20,856 nucleotides of DNA from Promethearchaeota archaeon Loki_b32 (GTDB lineage: Archaea > Asgardarchaeota > Lokiarchaeia > Sigyniarchaeales > SOKP01): positions 1 to 20,856 of the forward strand of contig NJBH01000051.1 in the NCBI GenBank assembly GCA_005223125.1, written 5' to 3'. Numbering within the stretch: position 1 is the first letter of the stretch; each line of letters starts with the position of its first letter. Shown one piece after another: positions 15,269-20,856 of this stretch. The notes under the pieces were generated by a model that saw nothing but the letters and a program-made list of their open reading frames with translations, made no database searches and was not told the origin of the DNA. The position numbers and the translations under genes are program-made.

Positions 15269-17203
15269 TTAAAGTTTTAGCTTACTTCTCCAAAAATTCA
15301 ACTTACTTCTTAATTCATCTTTTTCAATATTATTTAATATATTTCTATTACTTTTAAGTGGTGAGATGCCCATTCTTATTTGCCTTAAAACAGCACTGAA
15401 TCCTTTTCTCTCAAGGAGATCATCTTGTAATTTCTCTAAAAGTAATGCTATATGTTCTCCGGGTATTGTATCAATCTTACTCAAAATATTATCGAATTGG
15501 GTTGATAAATAACCATCCGAGGATAATACAGCTTCAGGTTGAATATCTGGTTGCATTTTTATGGGTTCAATTGTAGGCTTTATTGTATGCTCAATTGGTT
15601 TCGGAGTAATTGGAACTGTTTTGGAAGGTTGTTGTTCAGGTTCTTTAGGTACAATTGGGGTTATAGGTTTTTGATACTGAGATTGTAGAGGACTAACTTC
15701 AGGAGCTTGCTTTATGGCGTGCGTAATTTCAACTTGTTCGTATTTTTTACTTTGAATCCATACGTCTTCTAAAACAGCGGCAAACAATTTTACATGTTCT
15801 TCTAGTACTGATCCCATTCCAGCTATTTCAATTTCGCCTTCTACTGTCTTTGACACAACACAAACTACGACTTCTTCGAAATCTTTATTTATTGACCATA
15901 AATTTTCTCTGGGATAATGCCTTATTGTCATATTTGGATAATCTGCTACTTGTCTAAATCTTCCCTGATCCTCTGAACTAGTTAAATCGAAATTAGTCGA
16001 TATCCTAATATTAATATGTTTTTTTAATCTTGATAATGCCAATAAGTCAATATCTTCTAATTTAGGAGCTACAATGTGAACTCGCATTTTTACTCTTGAC
16101 AATGATTCATTTATCTGTGCCATGATCCCTTCAGTGCTTCTTACAAACCATACATCTTTAAAGCTTAACAGTGAGGCTTCTTTTGAGCGCTCCCAAAATT
16201 CATTCATTGTAAGCTCAGCACTTTCTAATTGATTGATAATATTGTTGATTATGTCATCTTGTATTGATTCAAAGATTTCTTTTTTGAATAGGTCTTTTAA
16301 TTCATTAATTCCATTAATTATATCATTAGAAATCCCTGAAACTCTGCTTTCTAAATCTTCTAATGTATTTACCATACCACTTTCAATATCTGTAAAAATA
16401 GTACCTAAGTCTGTGCTTATCTCACCCGCAGTATCAGTAATGCTGCCTAATTGATTTATAACTTGATCTAACATGTTTTGAGTTGTTTGTACAAATTTAT
16501 CCTTGAAGTATTTTGTCACTTCACTGAATTGTTCTGTAATCACTTTAGATACAATTTTTTCAGCCATACTGCTTAAAGCACCAATCCTGAATTGTTTTTC
16601 GAATCTGGTGGCTATTTCCGATTTTATCAATTGTAATTGTGACTCCATAGCTTCAAATTCTTTAGTTATATCCGCAGGAACTATTTCTTTTAAGTTAAAA
16701 ATAAAGCTTTTAACATCTTGAAATCTTTTAACCTGATCCAGTTCTTTATCAAATCGTTCAAATTGAGTTTTTATTTGAGCAGGTAATTTGGTTTTCATTA
16801 TTTGGAGATAAGTTTTGTAATCATCCAATTTTCTAAGTTTATCAGAATGTTGTTCTAATGAATCAAATTTCTCTTGGATTTTCTTAGGTGCAATTTGCTT
16901 AAAAGTTTTAATAGTTTCCTTGAACTGGTGTATTTGACTCACAAGTGCTGCATATGGAGGTAAAGCTTCATAAATTGGTGTCATTCCAGGGATTTGTTTA
17001 AGAAGACCTTTTTGAAATAAATTATCGGCAACCTCAGCAGCTCTATCTTCAGTGATACCAGTAAGCAATGCAATTTCACCGATCATTACGGGACCTCTTC
17101 CTGTTATTTTATAATATGTACTAACTTCATCATGCGCTAAGCCAATAAGTTCTAGAACATGTTTTGTTGCAGAATCTTCTTCGCCTGACAAATCGAACAT
17201 CAC
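15269..17203 (-). CDS. TrmB-like protein: N-terminal wHTH, long helical insert, TrmB/PLD-like effector domain, Pro-rich linker, C-terminal helical domain
   Basis: LELIGLAHDEVSTYYKITGRGPVMIGEIALLTGI...LFQKGLLKQIPGMTPIYEALPP is a TrmB wHTH. VWFVRSTEGIMAQINESLSRVKMRVHIVAP resembles the start of the TrmB effector domain. Confidence 0.75.
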   Translation of the reverse strand: MMFDLSGEEDSATKHVLELIGLAHDEVSTYYKITGRGPVMIGEIALLTGITEDRAAEVADNLFQKGLLKQIPGMTPIYEALPPYAALVSQIHQFKETIKTFKQIAPKKIQEKFDSLEQHSDKLRKLDDYKTYLQIMKTKLPAQIKTQFERFDKELDQVKRFQDVKSFIFNLKEIVPADITKEFEAMESQLQLIKSEIATRFEKQFRIGALSSMAEKIVSKVITEQFSEVTKYFKDKFVQTTQNMLDQVINQLGSITDTAGEISTDLGTIFTDIESGMVNTLEDLESRVSGISNDIINGINELKDLFKKEIFESIQDDIINNIINQLESAELTMNEFWERSKEASLLSFKDVWFVRSTEGIMAQINESLSRVKMRVHIVAPKLEDIDLLALSRLKKHINIRISTNFDLTSSEDQGRFRQVADYPNMTIRHYPRENLWSINKDFEEVVVCVVSKTVEGEIEIAGMGSVLEEHVKLFAAVLEDVWIQSKKYEQVEITHAIKQAPEVSPLQSQYQKPITPIVPKEPEQQPSKTVPITPKPIEHTIKPTIEPIKMQPDIQPEAVLSSDGYLSTQFDNILSKIDTIPGEHIALLLEKLQDDLLERKGFSAVLRQIRMGISPLKSNRNILNNIEKDELRSKLNFWRSKLKL

Positions 17204-17209
17204 ATCCTT

Positions 17210-18337
17210 TTATTTTTTATAAGTTTTTTCAAGAAACTCTAAATGCTTGATTGCTACAGTTTTCTTTATATTTCCATCCATTCGTTCTTTTCGAATTTTT
17301 TCAATTAAATATTCGGGATAAAATGTATGAGCAACAATATCAGTCAATAACATCACCCATACAGTATCTTTATTATCCTTTATCAACTTAATAATCTGTT
17401 CATTTTCTAAATTTTTTAAGAAACTTCCTACTTCATCTACACTTTGCCCAGGAGCTTTAGGAATTTTATTTAACGGATATGCTCTTTCTCTAAATAATGT
17501 AATAAAATCATAATTGTCTGGATTCATTATAGTTTGAGCAATTTTTAGATTATCTTCAAGATTAGGCTTGTAATCTTTAAAAAATTGAGTGACCTCTTCA
17601 AGATATGCAGATGCAATTTCTGGAGTTGGAAAATTTTTCTTAGCATCTTCTACTAACTTAGCTACAGGTGTTCTAAAAATAGTAAAATCAGATAGGAGAA
17701 AAAGTGTTATATCAGTATCGCCCTCAACCCAATCTTGCATTATTAAACCAGTTTTTATAAAAGGATCCAAAACATATTCGATATTTGGAACTATTTTATT
17801 TAACTTCTCTTCTATAATCCCTTGTAGTTCTCTCCTAAATAAAGGTTTTTCTTGTAAGGCTTCTAATATAGTTCGTGCTTTTTCGCTACAGTATATTTGT
17901 GCTAATCTTTGCTCTTTTGACAAATTTTTCAATCGATCCAAAAGAATTAAAGTATTTTTCAGGTAGAGTCGTATTTTTTTTACAATTTCATAACTTTGTG
18001 ATACATCAGTGCTCATCTGTCTTAAGTAATTTAATATTTCATCATCGATTTCTTTTAGTACAGTTTCACCAAACATTTCTGGGTCTTCCCCTAATTCTAA
18101 CATCAAATTTATCATTACTGGCATATCAGAATCCAAACCAGTAAAATAACTTGAAACGTTAGAACGCGCTTTTTCTAATCGCACTAATACATTTCCAGCT
18201 TCTCCCGCACCTGTAATATGAGCATAAAAGATTCGCATCATATCATCTAAATCAATCTGAAGATCTTCTGGATAACTTAGTTTGACAACTAATCCTTGGT
18301 CTTCTGTCCATTCAGTTATAATAAAACCATGTGGCAT
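17210..18337 (-). CDS. longin/uDENN-like N-terminal domain + winged-helix-like repeats
   Basis: N-terminus GFIITEWTEDQGLVVKLSYPED fits the uDENN/longin beta1-beta2 hairpin pattern. ARTILEALQEKPLFRRELQ...LDPFIKTGLI and FLKNLENEQIIKLIKDNKDTVWVML look like wHTH. Confidence 0.6.
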   Translation of the reverse strand: MPHGFIITEWTEDQGLVVKLSYPEDLQIDLDDMMRIFYAHITGAGEAGNVLVRLEKARSNVSSYFTGLDSDMPVMINLMLELGEDPEMFGETVLKEIDDEILNYLRQMSTDVSQSYEIVKKIRLYLKNTLILLDRLKNLSKEQRLAQIYCSEKARTILEALQEKPLFRRELQGIIEEKLNKIVPNIEYVLDPFIKTGLIMQDWVEGDTDITLFLLSDFTIFRTPVAKLVEDAKKNFPTPEIASAYLEEVTQFFKDYKPNLEDNLKIAQTIMNPDNYDFITLFRERAYPLNKIPKAPGQSVDEVGSFLKNLENEQIIKLIKDNKDTVWVMLLTDIVAHTFYPEYLIEKIRKERMDGNIKKTVAIKHLEFLEKTYKK

Positions 18338-20005
18338 TTATAATTGTTCCTCCTTATTATTTGATATTTTTTCAATTTTTTCAACTTGATCATCTTGAGT
18401 ACTCTCAAGTACTAAAATATTCTTACTTTTATTAAAATTATGCTTGATAATATCCTCTCTTTTATTAACTAATATTGATTTTTTTATTTTTCCTTTTTTA
18501 ACTCCTTTCTTTAATTTTCTTATTTTTCTTACCAATGGAGGATATTTAAAATGAATTTGATAAAAACTAAAAACGGTAATAATACCAATAATTCCTGCAG
18601 TTAAGGTATAAACAAGCCAACTCCAATCAGGACCTTTTTCTATTGGTTCATCTGGTTCGATAATAATATAAGATATGTCGAGAGAGACATCATCAATTGC
18701 AATAGTTATGTTTTGATCCAATACAAAATCATCCGCAAGATACACTTGAAGTGATAAATTAACATCATCTGTAATTAAATTTGAAACATCAAAACCACCA
18801 ACTTTAGCTTCCTGAAGGGATGTGGTGGCAGTACTTAATTTGATAGGTTCTGTGTGTTTATTATTATTAATTAGAACCCTTATTTCGGAATTAGGAGATA
18901 ATGAAGTATTCCATAATTGTTCAATTTTATAATTAAAATTAAGAGTGGCATTTTGAACTATAACGGGATATTCACTTAGATCGCTGATTTTATCACAATT
19001 TTGTTTCCAGGAGATAGAAGTAAATCGGTTAATATTTTTCTCATACTGGAATGTAAGATTACAGGATTTAATGAGTAGTGAATAATATGTATCTCTATCT
19101 GCTTCACCATAATTATCTTCAACATCAATATCAATCCCTAGAAAAATTGTGAAATTATAATTATCAAAATCTAACACCTTGCTCAAATAGAATTTCAATA
19201 CTTCTTTTGGTACAGGAGTCATATAAGTGTTTCCAATAGAATTTTCCACACCATCACTCGGAGAATTATCACCGGCAGGAAGATCTCCAAATCCCAAATT
19301 ACGAGGAATATAACGAGCTACTTCATTTCTATCTTCTTGTTCTATATCTGAAAGAAGGACATAGAAAGTTACATGATCATATTCTGCTGCGGTTGGATTA
19401 GTTCCAGTTAAATTATCAAGAGGAGTTTCTACATTTGTATTTGCAGTTCCATTGAATAATGCTGATATCTGTGCTGAAGTAATAGAGTAATCACTCATAT
19501 CATGCGGCATTGTGATAATTCTTCTCCATAATACACTTGGTCGATTACGAGTTTGATTGCCCATTACACCATATATATTTGGAGTTGAAGATTCCCAATA
19601 TTCATGCGATGCGTTACAGCCATATTGATTAATTTCAAATAAGTCAGGGTAAATGGAATCACCAGGTTTCTTTGTTGGAGTCCAATCTGAAGCACTTGGA
19701 GTGCCTGAAATGTTCGAAAAAGTCCAATATTCTCCAATGATTTTAAAATTTGCTTGATTCCCACTGATCTTTCCATCAACATCTGTAACATCTCCTTCAG
19801 ATTCCATAAACCAAAAATCTTGAGACCCGAAACCTGAATTATTTACCCATTGTATCTCTCCGGGAATTTCCGCAGCTAAGTGAAGAGTATTTTGTTTCAA
19901 GTTATTAATAAACAATGTTGTAGTATTTATTGAAATATTTATAAAAATGAGAGTAAAGATGAATGTAAAAATTAATAAGGAATATTTTAATTTTTGTTTA
20001 TTCAT
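18338..20005 (-). CDS. single-pass cell-surface protein (signal peptide, beta-rich N-glycosylatable ectodomain, TM helix, basic tail)
   Basis: N-terminal MNKQKLKYSLLIFTFIFTLIFI; many N-x-S/T sequons; TM WSWLVYTLTAGIIGIITVFSFY followed by HFKYPPLVRKIRKLKK. Confidence 0.85.
   Translation of the reverse strand: MNKQKLKYSLLIFTFIFTLIFINISINTTTLFINNLKQNTLHLAAEIPGEIQWVNNSGFGSQDFWFMESEGDVTDVDGKISGNQANFKIIGEYWTFSNISGTPSASDWTPTKKPGDSIYPDLFEINQYGCNASHEYWESSTPNIYGVMGNQTRNRPSVLWRRIITMPHDMSDYSITSAQISALFNGTANTNVETPLDNLTGTNPTAAEYDHVTFYVLLSDIEQEDRNEVARYIPRNLGFGDLPAGDNSPSDGVENSIGNTYMTPVPKEVLKFYLSKVLDFDNYNFTIFLGIDIDVEDNYGEADRDTYYSLLIKSCNLTFQYEKNINRFTSISWKQNCDKISDLSEYPVIVQNATLNFNYKIEQLWNTSLSPNSEIRVLINNNKHTEPIKLSTATTSLQEAKVGGFDVSNLITDDVNLSLQVYLADDFVLDQNITIAIDDVSLDISYIIIEPDEPIEKGPDWSWLVYTLTAGIIGIITVFSFYQIHFKYPPLVRKIRKLKKGVKKGKIKKSILVNKREDIIKHNFNKSKNILVLESTQDDQVEKIEKISNNKEEQL
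18641..19077. repeat. direct repeat copy 1 (partner 20355-20791, offset 1714)
   Basis: Includes a 106-bp identical block (18921-19026 = 20635-20740) and a 97-bp block with one mismatch (18720-18816). Confidence 0.9.
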
Positions 20006-20855
20006 TATTATCCTCCTTATTTTGTGATTCTACATTACTTCCAATATTATCTTCCTTAAGATTTGCTTTCATTGTTTTAGTTTTACTATATGCTTCTGAA
20101 TCTTTTAATTGAGGCTGTCCATAATCAATAATTTCTAATTCATTTTGGATATTAGATTTAATGAGCTCTTCTCTATTATTTAATAAAATTGGTTTAACTT
20201 TTCTTCCCTTTCTTATTTTCTTTTTCAAATTTCTTATTTTTCTAACCATTGGTGGGTACTTGAAATGTAATTGATATGAGCCAAAAACAACAATAATACC
20301 ACCAATAGCAGCAATTAAAGTGTAAACTAACCAGCTCATATCTGTTCCTGGTGTTATTGGTTCATCTGGTTCGATAATAACATAAGAAATATCAAGAGAG
20401 ACATCATCAATTGAAACAGATATGTTTTGATCTAATACAAAATCATCCGCAAGATACACTTGAAGTGATAAATTAACGTCATCTGTAATTAAATTTGAAA
20501 CATCAAAACCACCAACTTTAGCTTCCTGAAAGGAAGTAGTAGCAGTACTTAATTTGACAGTTTCTGTATGTTTATTATCATTAATTAAAATCCTAATCTC
20601 AGAATTTGGAGATAATGAAGTATTCCATAATTGATCAATTTTATAATTAAAATTAAGAGTGGCATTTTGAACTATAACGGGATATTCACTTAGATCGCTG
20701 ATTTTATCACAATTTTGTTTCCAGGAGATAGAAGTAAATCTGTTTATCTTTTTCTCATAATCGAATGAAAGATTACAGGATTTAATGAGTAAATAATACC
20801 ATGTGTCAATCTCAGCATTAGCATAATTATCTTCATTATAAATATCGATACCTAG
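19998..20855 (-). CDS. paralogous single-pass cell-surface protein, 5' end outside the window
   Basis: The frame stays open to the window edge (LGIDIYNEDNYANAEIDTWYYLLIKSCNLSFD...) and aligns with 18338..20005, so the track start at 20459 is internal. Confidence 0.85.
   Translation of the reverse strand, partial: LGIDIYNEDNYANAEIDTWYYLLIKSCNLSFDYEKKINRFTSISWKQNCDKISDLSEYPVIVQNATLNFNYKIDQLWNTSLSPNSEIRILINDNKHTETVKLSTATTSFQEAKVGGFDVSNLITDDVNLSLQVYLADDFVLDQNISVSIDDVSLDISYVIIEPDEPITPGTDMSWLVYTLIAAIGGIIVVFGSYQLHFKYPPMVRKIRNLKKKIRKGRKVKPILLNNREELIKSNIQNELEIIDYGQPQLKDSEAYSKTKTMKANLKEDNIGSNVESQNKEDNNE
20355..20791. repeat. direct repeat copy 2 (partner 18641-19077)
   Basis: Direct alignment by eye of the two paralogous coding segments. 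Confidence 0.9.
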
Positions 20856-20856
20856 A

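Noticed and set aside
16233-19791. ORFs 16233..16454, 16503..16721, 17589..17966, 17875..18144, 19564..19791
   Set aside because: Shadow or out-of-frame ORFs inside the minus-strand operon.
18641-20791. Near-identical repeats as a diversity-generating retroelement TR/VR pair
   Set aside because: Both copies are in-frame parts of paralogous genes, differences are not adenine-specific, and no reverse transcriptase is in the window.

Overview
AT-rich archaeal DNA, most likely from an Asgard (Lokiarchaeia/Promethearchaeota-type) genome. The evidence is a Rab-like small GTPase remnant with a GGKLDL G4 variant, a Loki-type 'FWGHCSNL' LRR protein and a longin/uDENN-like protein. The main signal lies outside the supplied ORF track. 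Four + strand promoters (upstream of 2550, 3393, 6424 and 12613) share phased A(G/C)TTCA-like direct-repeat boxes at an identical distance from an A(T/A)CTAT(A/T)TA TATA element. Three of these units end in a conserved CTTTTCCATT(T)CC + GGGYGAG-N7-CTCRCCC stem-loop that shows a compensatory base-pair change. Two of the units are paralogous cassettes, each a 69-89 aa protein followed by an unannotated 25-29 aa basic/hydrophobic micropeptide. One cassette is divergent from a 987 aa tandem-winged-helix + TPR protein; the other lies upstream of a zinc-ribbon microprotein and an MFS exporter. I infer, without proof, a co-regulated small-peptide system resembling bacterial RRNPP (Rgg/SHP-like) signalling. 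The window also contains an HNH-like fragment plus a duplicated-domain acidic gene (possible orphan toxin/immunity pair), an LRR gene broken by one in-frame TGA, and a thioredoxin + Cys-rich HTH pair with operator palindromes. Further genes are a cluster-less radical-SAM-like protein and VOC, DUF6786-like and cupin genes. A minus-strand operon joins two paralogous surface proteins with gene-conversion-like tracts, an NPRL2-like longin-wHTH protein and a TrmB-like protein with a long helical insert. All family assignments come from reading motifs by eye; no searches were run.
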